A stretch of DNA of 64,000 nucleotides from Anaerolineae bacterium (GTDB taxonomy: Bacteria > Chloroflexota > Anaerolineae > UBA1429). The stretch spans positions 2,976,001-3,040,000 of the forward strand of contig OY776562.1 in the NCBI GenBank assembly GCA_963675785.1, read 5' to 3'. The notes beneath the pieces are model-generated. The model did no database searches. It saw nothing but the letters and a program-made list of their open reading frames with translations, and was not told the origin of the DNA. Positions 28,379-38,611 of this stretch are shown here, piece after piece. Made by a program: the position numbers and the translations under genes. The first letter of the stretch is position 1. Every line of letters begins with the position of its first letter.

Positions 28379-30189
28379 TGGGATTTACATTTGCTCCCCC
28401 GGTAGGTGGTGGCCCACGACATGCTCTCAGGCAATACTCTGAAGAGACTCAGGGTAAAGCATTCGACCCCCATGTGATGCGAGCCCTGTTGACCTATCTT
28501 CGTCCCCATCGAAAAGGGATGATTGAAGGTACCCTTTTGATGATCCTTGAGGCGGGCATGGCCTTGCTTGCTCCCTACCTGATCGAAATCGCTATCGATG
28601 ACCACATCTCGAATGGTAACTATCAGGGGCTGGCGACAATTGCGTTGGCAGCATTTGGTGCCTATGTCGTGACTTTTGTATCTAGCTGGCGTCGTACTAT
28701 TGTACTGAACCGCGTTGGTAATGGTGTCTTGTTCAAGATGCGCAGTGACCTTTTCGACAAGTACCAGGTGCTATCCATGCGTTATTTAGATCAAAACGGC
28801 ACTGGCTCGCTCATTTCACGTATGCTCAGCGATGTCGGCGTGATCAACGAACTTCTCTCTCAGGGCCTCATATCGTTGTTGAGCGATATGTTTGTGGTAA
28901 TTAGCACCGTCATCGTTATGCTAGTTATCAATTCTCGCCTTGCTGTGCTTAGCTTTTCTGTATTTCCCTTGGTAATTCTGGGTTCCTGGTGGTTCTCACG
29001 ACGGGCGCGCACAGCTTACCGAGCCACACGTGAAAAGGTGAGTATTCTGACCGGGCGCTTAGCCGAGGACATCAGCGCGGTGCGCGTGATCCAGGCTTTT
29101 TCGGAAGAAGACAGGGCCAGCCAAGAGTTTGACACGGTCAATAGGCAATCTCGGGACGCCAATATCAACGCCATTACGTTGGCGGCCATCTATAACCCTA
29201 TGATGGAGATGCTGACCATGGTAGTTACCGCCATCATTTTATGGTTTGGCGGCAAAAGTGTCATAAGCGGCGGGGTAACCATCGGTGTGTTGGTGGCTTT
29301 TACGAGCTACTCCAGCCAGCTATTCCGACCCCTGTTGGAGATGAGCACGATTTTCAACAACTGGCAGGCGGCTATGGCAGGCGGTGAGCGCGTCCTCGAA
29401 ATCCTAAATCTAGAACCCGATATCGTGGATGCACCCGATGCAGTTGCTCTTGAGAATGTACACGGCGATATTGTTTTTGATGACGTGAGTTTTGCTTACA
29501 AAAAAGATGTGCCAGTTCTTTCTCACATCGATGTACATGTGCAATCGGGAGATACCGTGGCATTGGTTGGCCCAACAGGTGCGGGCAAGACGACTTTTGC
29601 CAGTCTGCTGATGCGCTTTTATGACGTAGATGAGGGGTCTATCTGTGTGGATGGCAAGGATATTCGCGATGTCACCATTCAGTCTCTGCGTCGGCAACTA
29701 GGTGTAGTTCCGCAGGAACCTTTCCTCTTTCAGGGAACGATTGCTTACAACATTGCCTATGGCGATGTGACCAGATCGCGTGAGAGTATTATCGAGGCGG
29801 CCCAATCAGCCAATGCCCACGAGTTTATCACGCGTTTGCCGAACGGGTATGACACCGAAATATACGAAGGCTCGACGAATCTCTCGTTGGGGCAGCGTCA
29901 GCTGGTGTGTTTGGCTCGTGTGATTTTGGCGCAACCCAAGATACTGGTTTTGGATGAGGCGACGTCTAGCGTGGACTTGCGGACTGAGGGCCTGATTCAG
30001 GATGCTCTGGATCGGCTGATGGAGGGGCGTACCTCATTGGTAATCGCCCACCGTTTGGCCACTGTCCAGAGGGCTTCGACCATTCTGGTAATCGATCACG
30101 GGGAGATCATCGAAAGGGGTTCGCACAAAGAGCTCTTGGCGAACCAGGGTCTTTACAGCCAGCTCTACAAGAGTCAGTTTATCGACTAG
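28378..30189 (+). CDS. Heterodimeric ABC exporter subunit 2 (TMD+NBD)
   Basis: GPTGAGKT, degenerate signature LSLGQRQL, consensus 'LDEATS' and 'IAHRL'. Confidence 0.93.
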   Translation: MGFTFAPPVGGGPRHALRQYSEETQGKAFDPHVMRALLTYLRPHRKGMIEGTLLMILEAGMALLAPYLIEIAIDDHISNGNYQGLATIALAAFGAYVVTFVSSWRRTIVLNRVGNGVLFKMRSDLFDKYQVLSMRYLDQNGTGSLISRMLSDVGVINELLSQGLISLLSDMFVVISTVIVMLVINSRLAVLSFSVFPLVILGSWWFSRRARTAYRATREKVSILTGRLAEDISAVRVIQAFSEEDRASQEFDTVNRQSRDANINAITLAAIYNPMMEMLTMVVTAIILWFGGKSVISGGVTIGVLVAFTSYSSQLFRPLLEMSTIFNNWQAAMAGGERVLEILNLEPDIVDAPDAVALENVHGDIVFDDVSFAYKKDVPVLSHIDVHVQSGDTVALVGPTGAGKTTFASLLMRFYDVDEGSICVDGKDIRDVTIQSLRRQLGVVPQEPFLFQGTIAYNIAYGDVTRSRESIIEAAQSANAHEFITRLPNGYDTEIYEGSTNLSLGQRQLVCLARVILAQPKILVLDEATSSVDLRTEGLIQDALDRLMEGRTSLVIAHRLATVQRASTILVIDHGEIIERGSHKELLANQGLYSQLYKSQFID

Positions 30190-30191
30190 GG

Positions 30192-30620
30192 CTACTCTTT
30201 GGGTGCATTTTTGGCGAGCAATCGCGCGTGAGCGCCATCCCAGGTGGATGAAGACCGGGTCAACTTGGCGATTTTTATGTCACCAAAATGCGGTGCTAAC
30301 GCTCCCAACTCGCGCGGCAGCTCGCTCCAACGATTACCGAGGACGATACGCTCCAGACGGTCGGCTGATGGTTTGGCCCAGTCCCACTCGCTACGAAATC
30401 GATCTGCCTTGAGAAAGTAATTGCGATCTTCCCAAGCTCGAGTAGTAGTTTCGATGGTGTTATCGATCTCTCGCAAGTAATAGACAATGGCTGCTGCCAT
30501 GTCTTTGGTCTCTTGATCGACCTGTTGTTTCATCATCAGTCGGCGGAGCATCTCAGCGATGCTTCGCCGACAGCCATTTCTTATACTTCCGGGACTCGAT
30601 GTATTAACAATACGACTCAT
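30192..30620 (-). CDS. Hypothetical protein (basic, alpha-helical)
   Basis: 142-aa ORF with GGAG RBS; 'AWEDRNYFLKADRFRSEWDW'. Confidence 0.75.
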   Translation of the reverse strand: MSRIVNTSSPGSIRNGCRRSIAEMLRRLMMKQQVDQETKDMAAAIVYYLREIDNTIETTTRAWEDRNYFLKADRFRSEWDWAKPSADRLERIVLGNRWSELPRELGALAPHFGDIKIAKLTRSSSTWDGAHARLLAKNAPKE

Positions 30621-30805
30621 AATCTCCCTCCAAACGTTGTGAGTTTACAGACCAAGGCCAAAATCGTCAAAGAAGTAATCAACGCCTTGACCGGGACATG
30701 CGGAGAGGTTAGTATTCTTTGGATTATGCTTTTCCCCACAACTTTATTCTCCCGACTCTTGATAGCTAGCCGGTTAACGGACCCGATTCATTCCCGGAGA
30801 TTAGA

Positions 30806-33223
30806 ATGAACAAGCCTGGGCCTTTTGTTTCCTTTTTTCTTGTTCTCACCCTAGTTGGCTGTACGGATGCTGAGCTTACGCCAACAACTCTGACGCCTAC
30901 ACCTACAGAAGCATCAACAGCAACAATTGCTGCAACGGATACGGCTCCTGCTATTCAAGAGGCGTCGCTTACTCCTTCTGCAACTGCTACGCGTACACCT
31001 TTGCCAGCGACAGTTGGTGAGGTCATGATGCAGGCCCAGCAATTATATGCTGAAGGTGACTTTGCTGCGGCTGTGGATTTGCTTCAGTCTGCCGAAAGCA
31101 TGGCAGATAAAGATGAATGGGCGGTTATGCAGCTCCTTATGGGGCGCATCTTGCTGGATGATGACCAGCCTGTAGCGGCTGTTGAGGTTTTGGAGGCTAT
31201 CCAAGTCAGGCAGCTATCAGATGATGATGCATTGCTGCGCCTGGGTTTGTTGGGCATGGCCTATCAGGGGGCAGGAGATACGGCCGCGTCAGCTGCAAGC
31301 TATGACGATTATCTCGATCAAGGCGGTGCCGGATCAGCCGAGATTCAGAAATTGTTGATCGAGGTATATCAGCAGGCAGGCGAGTACGAACAGGCCGTTG
31401 CCGTGCTCGAATCAATGGATCTATCCTTGTTTGATACCTCAGACCGTGCCGATCTGTTAGAACAGATGGCTTCTCTCTATTTAGAGTTGGACGAGTATGA
31501 TGCAGCCTTGGCTGCCTATGAAGAGATTCTCTCTTTTGCCCAGTATGCTTCTTATCGCTCTCTGGTCATGTTCTACAAAGCTCAAACATTACTGCTTGCT
31601 GAGGATGAAACCGGGGCGGTTACGGCTTTTGGGCAAGTACTGACTGATTATCCTTATAGCTACGGCGCATATTTGAGCCTTGTCTCTTTGGATGAACTAG
31701 AGCAGCCGGTCGAGGATAATCTCATTCGCGGCAAGGCACTGCTGGCCGGCGGCCAATCGGTTGATGCAGCGAATGTTTTGCTTGAGGCACTAAACGTGTC
31801 TACAGGCAGTTGGGATGAGATCTATTACTATTTGGCTTTGGCCTATGAGGCTGTTGGCGACGACACGTCTGCCGATATCTGCTATGCCCAAATCATCGAC
31901 GGCTATTCCAACAGCGGTTATATCGTATCCGCTTGGTTTGGACGAGCAGAGTTGGCCGATTCTTTGGGGCAAAGTGCGGCTCAAATCTACCAGGACTTTG
32001 CCAGCACCTATCCGAATTCTGCCAGCGCTCCTGAGGCCTTATGGCTGGCTGCCGAGGAGCTACAGGATGCAGGCGAGTGGTACGACGCGGCGCTGGTTTA
32101 TCAGACCTTACGCTTGACCTATCCTACAGATAGTGGCGCCCCAGAAGCCCTTTTTCAGCAAGGTCTTTGCCTATATGTGGATGGGCAATATGAGCTGGCG
32201 CGAGACGTATGGGCTGGATTGTTGGATGCGCAGACCTCTGCCGAAGACAGAGTTAGGACACTGACCTGGTTGGGCAAAGTCTATCAGCAGCTTGGCGATG
32301 CCGAACTGGCGCAACTATACTGGGCGCACGCTGTTGCCGAGGCTCCCCAAGATTATTACGGGCTTCGTGCGGCTGATTTGCTGAATGGCGCCAGCATGTT
32401 TCTGGATGTTATAGCTTCAGAAGCACTTGTTGATACGACAGTAAACGAAACAGATTGGGACGAGTTGGAAAGTTGGTTGGTCTCGTGGGCTGGGGCTGAG
32501 CAGGTTGAAGAGACCGCGGTCGATGTCGATCCTCTGGCAGATGCTGATGCCTTGTGGTCCCTGGGGCTGCATGATGCTGCTGTCGACGAGTATGTCAGCT
32601 ATCGGCAATCTATCTCGGATGATCCCTACGCGCTGCTGGCCTTTTTGGAACATGTCTACGATTTGGACGTTTACCAGATGAGCATTTGGACGGCCACGCG
32701 CTTACAGGCATTGGCGGAATTGCAGGGGGTTGAGGTTCCCCAAACGATTCAGTTGTTGGCCTATCCCATCTACTATGGCGAGCTCATTTCGGCCACTGCT
32801 GCCGAGTGGGACGTAGACCCCCTGTTATTCATGGCCTTGGTGCGGCAAGAGAGCCGTTTTGATGCCCAGGCCATCTCTTGGGCGGGGGCTATCGGCCTAA
32901 CTCAAGTAATGCCAACAACGGGAGAGTGGATCGCGACGAAACTCGGCGATTCAACCTATTCCTCTGAGCTTCTCACACGCCCGGTCTATGCCGTCCCTTA
33001 CGGCATTTACTATATTGCTTTCACGCTGGATCTGTTTGACTATCACTGGCCGGCTGCTCTTGCAGCTTATAATGCCGGGCCGGGAAACGTGGGTAATTGG
33101 GACGATGCCTGGGGGCTGGATGATCTGGATCTATTCTATGAGATGGTTCCTCTGGATGAAACTCAACTGTATATGAATCTCATCTATGCCAACTATCGTA
33201 TCTATCAACAGCTTTATGATTGA
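30806..33223 (+). CDS. TPR-repeat lipoprotein with C-terminal SLT lytic transglycosylase domain
   Basis: Lipobox LTLVGC, Thr/Pro linker, TPR-like helices, 'RQESRF', 'GLTQVMP', 'AAYNAGPG', 'ETQLY'. Confidence 0.92.
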   Translation: MNKPGPFVSFFLVLTLVGCTDAELTPTTLTPTPTEASTATIAATDTAPAIQEASLTPSATATRTPLPATVGEVMMQAQQLYAEGDFAAAVDLLQSAESMADKDEWAVMQLLMGRILLDDDQPVAAVEVLEAIQVRQLSDDDALLRLGLLGMAYQGAGDTAASAASYDDYLDQGGAGSAEIQKLLIEVYQQAGEYEQAVAVLESMDLSLFDTSDRADLLEQMASLYLELDEYDAALAAYEEILSFAQYASYRSLVMFYKAQTLLLAEDETGAVTAFGQVLTDYPYSYGAYLSLVSLDELEQPVEDNLIRGKALLAGGQSVDAANVLLEALNVSTGSWDEIYYYLALAYEAVGDDTSADICYAQIIDGYSNSGYIVSAWFGRAELADSLGQSAAQIYQDFASTYPNSASAPEALWLAAEELQDAGEWYDAALVYQTLRLTYPTDSGAPEALFQQGLCLYVDGQYELARDVWAGLLDAQTSAEDRVRTLTWLGKVYQQLGDAELAQLYWAHAVAEAPQDYYGLRAADLLNGASMFLDVIASEALVDTTVNETDWDELESWLVSWAGAEQVEETAVDVDPLADADALWSLGLHDAAVDEYVSYRQSISDDPYALLAFLEHVYDLDVYQMSIWTATRLQALAELQGVEVPQTIQLLAYPIYYGELISATAAEWDVDPLLFMALVRQESRFDAQAISWAGAIGLTQVMPTTGEWIATKLGDSTYSSELLTRPVYAVPYGIYYIAFTLDLFDYHWPAALAAYNAGPGNVGNWDDAWGLDDLDLFYEMVPLDETQLYMNLIYANYRIYQQLYD

Positions 33224-33232
33224 CACAAATGC

Positions 33233-33262
33233 AAGAGCCGCCCCGGGAGGGGCGGCTCTTTT
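33233..33262. terminator. Terminator between convergent SLT and GH116 genes
   Basis: aagagccgcccc-ggga-ggggcggctctt followed by tt. Confidence 0.82.
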
Positions 33263-33265
33263 CAT

Positions 33266-35863
33266 TTAGGCCAGGGTGATAGTGAGGACAGATCCCCGCT
33301 CCAGATTCAGTTCTTTACTGAATATCAGTTTGCTCGATTCCGCGACGTTTGGGCTGCATGGTATGCTTTGGCCGTCTACTGTAGCGGTGCATCCAGCTGC
33401 GATGAACCCCGTTCCCAGTGCTTTGAGCTGCTGCTCACCGTACAATACCTCCAGTTTCACCAATGCATTCCCGGGTTGACCGCTTTGCTCATAAGTGCCC
33501 CAGGCAGTGCCGGTGGACCAGAAACATTTGAAATCATCTGCGTACAGCACCGGGTCAAAACCGAGGTAGCCTATTGTGGCGTCATAACTCATGCCAGATA
33601 GCGCTGTGAGCAGCCCCCATGAGGCCATTGAGCGAGCATAGTGGCTGCCGCACTCGAACTCGTTCCAAGGGTTTCGACGTTTGCCATCATGTCTGGCACG
33701 TACACCTTGAGCAATCGCCAAACCTTCATCGACCATGCCGCAATAGATCAGATGACTGGCTACCTGGTATTCAATGCCGCAGAAAACCTCATCTGAGTAG
33801 ACGAAAGGCAGTGCAGGGCGCTCACCATGTGGCCATGAGCAGGTGGTCAGGCCTTGCTCATCGTTGAGGGCAAAAATCCGTTGGGGGTTGGCATGTTCCC
33901 AAAAGTCGGTCTTCCAGTTGTAGCGAAATATGGATGCCAAAGCTGCTTGCTCGTGAGCGGGATCGAGCATGGGGCCCAGGCCAGCGATGCGGGCCATCCA
34001 CTGGCCCAGCAGCTGATCTGAAAGACAGCCCTTGCCGTACTGGTAGCGAGCTTCCGAGGCATCGACCTCTTGCTCATAGTATTCGCCGTTAAAAAGACGA
34101 GCATCCAAGTATTTGCGGCCATTTTCATACAAGCGTAGATATTCATTGGCTAGGGCTTGATCGCCGAGATAGTCGGCAATGTGCGATCCGGCCAGCAAGG
34201 CACCGAGATAGCAGGTACCGGTCATCGTGTTGGGGCCCTCAAACTCGATGTCATAGGTGTTATGCTGAGTTCCCTCCATGACGCCGTCTTTATTGGCATC
34301 CCACTGCTGCCAGGCAAATTCGAGCGCTTGCTGGGCCTTGGGCCATTGTTCGGCCAGCCAGACGTCGTCGCCGCTGAGCTTCCAGTCACGATACAGCTTG
34401 ATGAGCCCACCCATTTGGCCATCGGCGGCGGCGTGAAAATTATGCATAGGGCTGCCCAAGGGAAGTTGGAGACGAAAACTCATGTGGCCATCTTTGCGAA
34501 GGTTGTAGGTATAATCGGCGCTGCGCATGGAGCGTTCAAGCGAGGGGAACAGAAATGCTTGCGTCTGGGCATAGTTCCAGACGTGAGTGCAAGAACCCTG
34601 GCAGCAACCGCCGCCAGCGCAGCAGCCTTCAAAACCGTAAAAAGTACCGTTCTCCAGACGAACCACAGTAGGCGTGTGCAACGTCGAGGCCTGACTGGAT
34701 ACGGCATCTAGAACATGTGCCGGCAGCTTGGAGGAAAAGAGTGCGGCGTGAAAACGCCTGGTTTCCTCATCGAGGCGGACGTCGTTTTCGGCATAGTGCC
34801 GAGCTACGTCCTTGGCATCCGTCCAAAGACTGGCGTAATAGTTCTTCCAGACCGGTTCCGTCGGTAGTTCGATATTCTCAATGTTGGGCAGCGCGTCCCA
34901 GTAACGGCAAAAATTGGGCATGTACCAGCTAATAAAGATGGGCAAGGTGACGCTCTCACCCGGGGCAATGTTGGCGCGCAGCCAAAGGCTGCCCACATCA
35001 CTCTTGCCCTCGTCAGAAGGACCATATTCTCGTGCTGGCAGTTCTCCAGAAGCAGCAAAGTGATCCCAAAAGCTGTGCATGGAATCGTACCAGGGGCCGC
35101 GCAGCCAGTAAGATTGGTACCCCACATCCTGCCATGTTGTGGAGAGGGCCATGCTGCCAAAATATCTTGAAAAAGTCTCGTACTTGTTACTAGTCATAGA
35201 CAGGCCGCGGACGTTTCCCTGATCATAATAGGCATTGACATTCTGTCCCTGTCCTTTGCCATCGAAATGGCCCGTGCCAGGATAACCGACAGCGTTGTAT
35301 AGATTCCCCGCCAATGAGACCTCTACGGGTACGGCCTGTGTGTTGGTGATGGTATAGCGCAGTACGGCAATGGGCATGCCGGATTCATCCGGATTGAGGG
35401 GAATAAAGGGACTGTGAGCCGCCAGTCGCACTTGAACGGGAAGTACAGGATCGACAAAGCGAATCCAGGCGTAAGGGAACTCGCCCATGAACTCTGCCTT
35501 GCGCATTTGCGGAAACCCCGAGCCATCCATGCGCGAGATGCCAAATCCGAGGCCGGCATAATCCTGGCTGCCTACACCCGTGAAAGGCGGATTGGGTGGT
35601 GCCTGCAAGACGCGTGTTACTGGTGTCTTGTCCTGCTCTTTGGCCCATAGCGTGAAAAAGGTATAGGGAAGTAAAGAACCTTTGTTAGGCCTGTTGAAAA
35701 TCTCCCAATCAACCAAAGATCCTCGGCCAGATAGCGAGACACAACCAGCGCCAATTCCACCGAGCGGAAAGGCGATTTGGCTAAGGTACTCGCCAGTATA
35801 TGTTTTAGGGCGCCCCAATGAGCGTAGTGCATCACTGTCTAGCCCGATCGAAAGCGTTGTCAT
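33266..35863 (-). CDS. GH116 family glycoside hydrolase (non-lysosomal glucosylceramidase-like)
   Basis: 'FPLGGIGAG', 'GFEGC...GSCTHVWNY', 'AADGQMG', 'HNTYDIEF', 'NEFECGSHYARSM'. Confidence 0.92.
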   Translation of the reverse strand: MTTLSIGLDSDALRSLGRPKTYTGEYLSQIAFPLGGIGAGCVSLSGRGSLVDWEIFNRPNKGSLLPYTFFTLWAKEQDKTPVTRVLQAPPNPPFTGVGSQDYAGLGFGISRMDGSGFPQMRKAEFMGEFPYAWIRFVDPVLPVQVRLAAHSPFIPLNPDESGMPIAVLRYTITNTQAVPVEVSLAGNLYNAVGYPGTGHFDGKGQGQNVNAYYDQGNVRGLSMTSNKYETFSRYFGSMALSTTWQDVGYQSYWLRGPWYDSMHSFWDHFAASGELPAREYGPSDEGKSDVGSLWLRANIAPGESVTLPIFISWYMPNFCRYWDALPNIENIELPTEPVWKNYYASLWTDAKDVARHYAENDVRLDEETRRFHAALFSSKLPAHVLDAVSSQASTLHTPTVVRLENGTFYGFEGCCAGGGCCQGSCTHVWNYAQTQAFLFPSLERSMRSADYTYNLRKDGHMSFRLQLPLGSPMHNFHAAADGQMGGLIKLYRDWKLSGDDVWLAEQWPKAQQALEFAWQQWDANKDGVMEGTQHNTYDIEFEGPNTMTGTCYLGALLAGSHIADYLGDQALANEYLRLYENGRKYLDARLFNGEYYEQEVDASEARYQYGKGCLSDQLLGQWMARIAGLGPMLDPAHEQAALASIFRYNWKTDFWEHANPQRIFALNDEQGLTTCSWPHGERPALPFVYSDEVFCGIEYQVASHLIYCGMVDEGLAIAQGVRARHDGKRRNPWNEFECGSHYARSMASWGLLTALSGMSYDATIGYLGFDPVLYADDFKCFWSTGTAWGTYEQSGQPGNALVKLEVLYGEQQLKALGTGFIAAGCTATVDGQSIPCSPNVAESSKLIFSKELNLERGSVLTITLA

Positions 35864-35935
35864 CCCAATTCCTCCTCATCTCATTCGGGTCCATCTAACT
35901 TGTTTGCCAGGGTGGTGTCAAGCCTCTCAGAGCCA

Positions 35936-35964
35936 TTGACCAAAAGTGTATCTATCCGTAGAAT
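35936..35964 (+). promoter_or_regulatory. sigma70 promoter of the epimerase gene
   Basis: TTGACC-17 nt-TAGAAT. Confidence 0.65.
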
Positions 35965-35990
35965 GGCCAAAATGCCATTCACTTTGAGGG

Positions 35991-36968
35991 GTGACTGTGA
36001 AAGCACTAATTACCGGGGGTTGCGGTTTTATTGGGAGCCACCTTGCTGAAAAACTGTTGGCGCGTGGCGATTCAGTCTTTGTGGTTGATGACTTGTCAAC
36101 CGGTCGCTTTGAAAACATTGCCCATTTGAGGGGCCACGAGCTTTTTGGCTTTGCCATTGAAGACATTGCCCACGAAAACGTCATGGATCGGCTCATCAGT
36201 GAGTGCGATGTCGTTTTTCACCTCGCTGCGGCCGTAGGTGTAGAGCTTATCGTCAAAGACCCGGTGCATGTTATCGAGACGAACGTCAAAGGGTGCGAAA
36301 CGGTGCTGCGCATCGCTGCCCGTTACCGCAAAAAGGTGATGCTGGCTTCTACATCAGAGGTCTACGGCAAGAGCACAGAGGTGCCCTTTCTGGAGGATGC
36401 CGACCGGGTTCTCGGTCCCACAACCAAGAGCCGTTGGAGTTACGCCTGCTCCAAGGCCATGGACGAATTTTTGGCCCTGGCCTATGCCAAACAGGTGGGT
36501 TTGCCGGTGGTGGTTATGCGCTTTTTTAACACGGTGGGCCCCAGGCAGACGGGCCGATACGGCATGGTGATGCCCCGTTTTGTCCGCCAGGCATTGATGG
36601 GACAACCCATTACGGTATACGGAGACGGGCAGCAATCGCGCTGTTTTTGCCATGTGGGCGATGTGACGAACGCCATCCTGTTGTTGGCTGATGAGCCTAC
36701 GGCTGAAGGCCAGGTGTTCAACGTTGGCAGCACCGAAGAAGTGACCATCCTCCAACTTGCAGAGCATGTGCGCCAGCAATGCCAGGCGAATGTAGATATC
36801 GTTCTTGTGCCCTATGATCAAGCCTACGAAGAGGGATTTGAGGATATGCGTCGCCGGGTACCTTCTATCGAAAAAATAGACCGCTATGTGGGCTGGCACC
36901 CCCGTTTTACGCTTGCTGAAACGATATCAGCTGTGATTGACCATATGAAACATGATATGGCGCAATAA
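35991..36968 (+). CDS. NAD-dependent nucleotide-sugar epimerase/dehydratase (extended SDR)
   Basis: TGGCGFIG, 'STSEVYGK', YACSK, 'RFFNTVGPRQ'. Confidence 0.93.
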   Translation: MTVKALITGGCGFIGSHLAEKLLARGDSVFVVDDLSTGRFENIAHLRGHELFGFAIEDIAHENVMDRLISECDVVFHLAAAVGVELIVKDPVHVIETNVKGCETVLRIAARYRKKVMLASTSEVYGKSTEVPFLEDADRVLGPTTKSRWSYACSKAMDEFLALAYAKQVGLPVVVMRFFNTVGPRQTGRYGMVMPRFVRQALMGQPITVYGDGQQSRCFCHVGDVTNAILLLADEPTAEGQVFNVGSTEEVTILQLAEHVRQQCQANVDIVLVPYDQAYEEGFEDMRRRVPSIEKIDRYVGWHPRFTLAETISAVIDHMKHDMAQ

Positions 36969-37022
36969 AATGTGGAAAGGCCATGTTTTGACAATGCTGG
37001 ACGCCATACCATAATGTCTCAC

Positions 37023-38498
37023 ATGGTTAAGAGTGTTATCAAAAAGTGTGCACCTACGCTTCTGACTTTGATGATTATGTTACTTGTGGCTGGTTGTTCT
37101 TCGTCTTTAAGGGGGACAGCTACGCCTGATTATGGGGCGCTGGCAGCAGAGGTACAACAGGCTCTGTCTGCTACATTGACTGCTCAGGCGCCCGTCCCCA
37201 CTATGCCCGCTCCAGTTGCTTTGGATGAAACGCCTGTGCCAAGCGAAACAACGACAGTTGTCGCGACTTTGGCTCAGCCTACGTTGGCCGCAGACGAACA
37301 GATAGCGTATGTTCGTATCGGTGAAGAACAGGCTGCCAATATTATCCTGACGGATTATGATAGATCGGTTGAACAACAGCTCACGCATTTTGTTGAAGAG
37401 CTCAATATGAGTGATTTGTCATGGTCGGCCGATGGTGAGTGGCTTGTTTTTGTGAGTGCTCATGATTACATCCGCAGCCATGACCTGGAACGCAATATCT
37501 TTATTATGCGCGCTGATGGCTCTGAATTGCAGATGGTCACTGGTGATTCAATAGCGGCTGGACAGGCAGCGGGCCCTTTTGTGACGATCTCGGGCACTGT
37601 TGCGGAAGTGGGGGCCGGATGTTTGGTGATGGCTCAAGGAGCAACAAGTGCTGCGTTGACCGACGAGTCTGGTGCCTTTGAATTGACCGGCGTACCTGTT
37701 GGGGCAACTTGGATCAGAGCAGTCTATCCCACAGAGGGGGGCTCTCGCCAGGGAACCGTTGATCTTGTTTTGAGTACAGATTCCAACTCGCCTATCACCA
37801 TTACTCTTGCCGATGCCGGCCAGGGTTGGACCCAGGCCTCCATTTCTCCTGATGGCACGCGCATTGCTGGTTCTCTCTATTCTTGGTCTCTGGTGGACGG
37901 ACAGCGTGCTGTGGAAACTCAGGGCTTGGTCATTGATCTGGAGACGGGTGAAGAGACGATGCTTGATTATGGTACCGAATCAACCATCACCAGCTTGATC
38001 TGGTCTTCAGATGGACAGTCACTTGTTGGAACCTTATATGATGAGTCTGGCGTCTCTATTGTGCAGTGGGATACAACCCTAGCTTCTGCTCAGGAATTGG
38101 TGCGTTTGGATAATCCCGAAGACACCATTTATTCTGCGTTTGACCCAGTGTGGTCAACAGATGGCGCCCGCTTGGCTTTTTCTCTCCGGTCGTGGTATTG
38201 GTGGGGAGAGAACCGTTACAAGAGTGACATTGTGATTTTGGATGTCGCTACGGCTTTGACCACCACAGTGGTTGAAAGCGAGTGGGGTGTGGATGCTCGC
38301 AAGCCTGCCTGGTCTGTGGATGATTCTACCATCTATTATCAGACAAACGAGGCATCGGCTTCGACAGAGGCCAGTGTAGGCCAGACGGGTGTTTGGCGTA
38401 TCACACTGGACGGAAGGGCGCCGGAACATTGGCTTGATGGAGCCGAGGGTTATTTGCCATCGGTCAGGCCCGTTGTTTTATCTCCGTCAGAGGAATAG
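37023..38498 (+). CDS. Lipoprotein with TolB/PD40-like beta-propeller repeats and an inserted beta-sandwich
   Basis: Lipobox LLVAGC; repeats WSADG, ISPDG, WSSDG, WSTDG, WSVDD; start moved to ATG 37023 because TTGACA-16-CATAAT occupies 36988-37015. Confidence 0.8.
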   Translation: MVKSVIKKCAPTLLTLMIMLLVAGCSSSLRGTATPDYGALAAEVQQALSATLTAQAPVPTMPAPVALDETPVPSETTTVVATLAQPTLAADEQIAYVRIGEEQAANIILTDYDRSVEQQLTHFVEELNMSDLSWSADGEWLVFVSAHDYIRSHDLERNIFIMRADGSELQMVTGDSIAAGQAAGPFVTISGTVAEVGAGCLVMAQGATSAALTDESGAFELTGVPVGATWIRAVYPTEGGSRQGTVDLVLSTDSNSPITITLADAGQGWTQASISPDGTRIAGSLYSWSLVDGQRAVETQGLVIDLETGEETMLDYGTESTITSLIWSSDGQSLVGTLYDESGVSIVQWDTTLASAQELVRLDNPEDTIYSAFDPVWSTDGARLAFSLRSWYWWGENRYKSDIVILDVATALTTTVVESEWGVDARKPAWSVDDSTIYYQTNEASASTEASVGQTGVWRITLDGRAPEHWLDGAEGYLPSVRPVVLSPSEE

Positions 38499-38611
38499 AC
38501 ACCATATCTGAAACAGTATTGCTTCTGCGTAATATTCTTTGGAAATGACCCGGTTGTGTAGCGGTGCTATAATGTTACAGCCTCTACCATTATGAAGGAG
38601 ACCCAGCAGGC

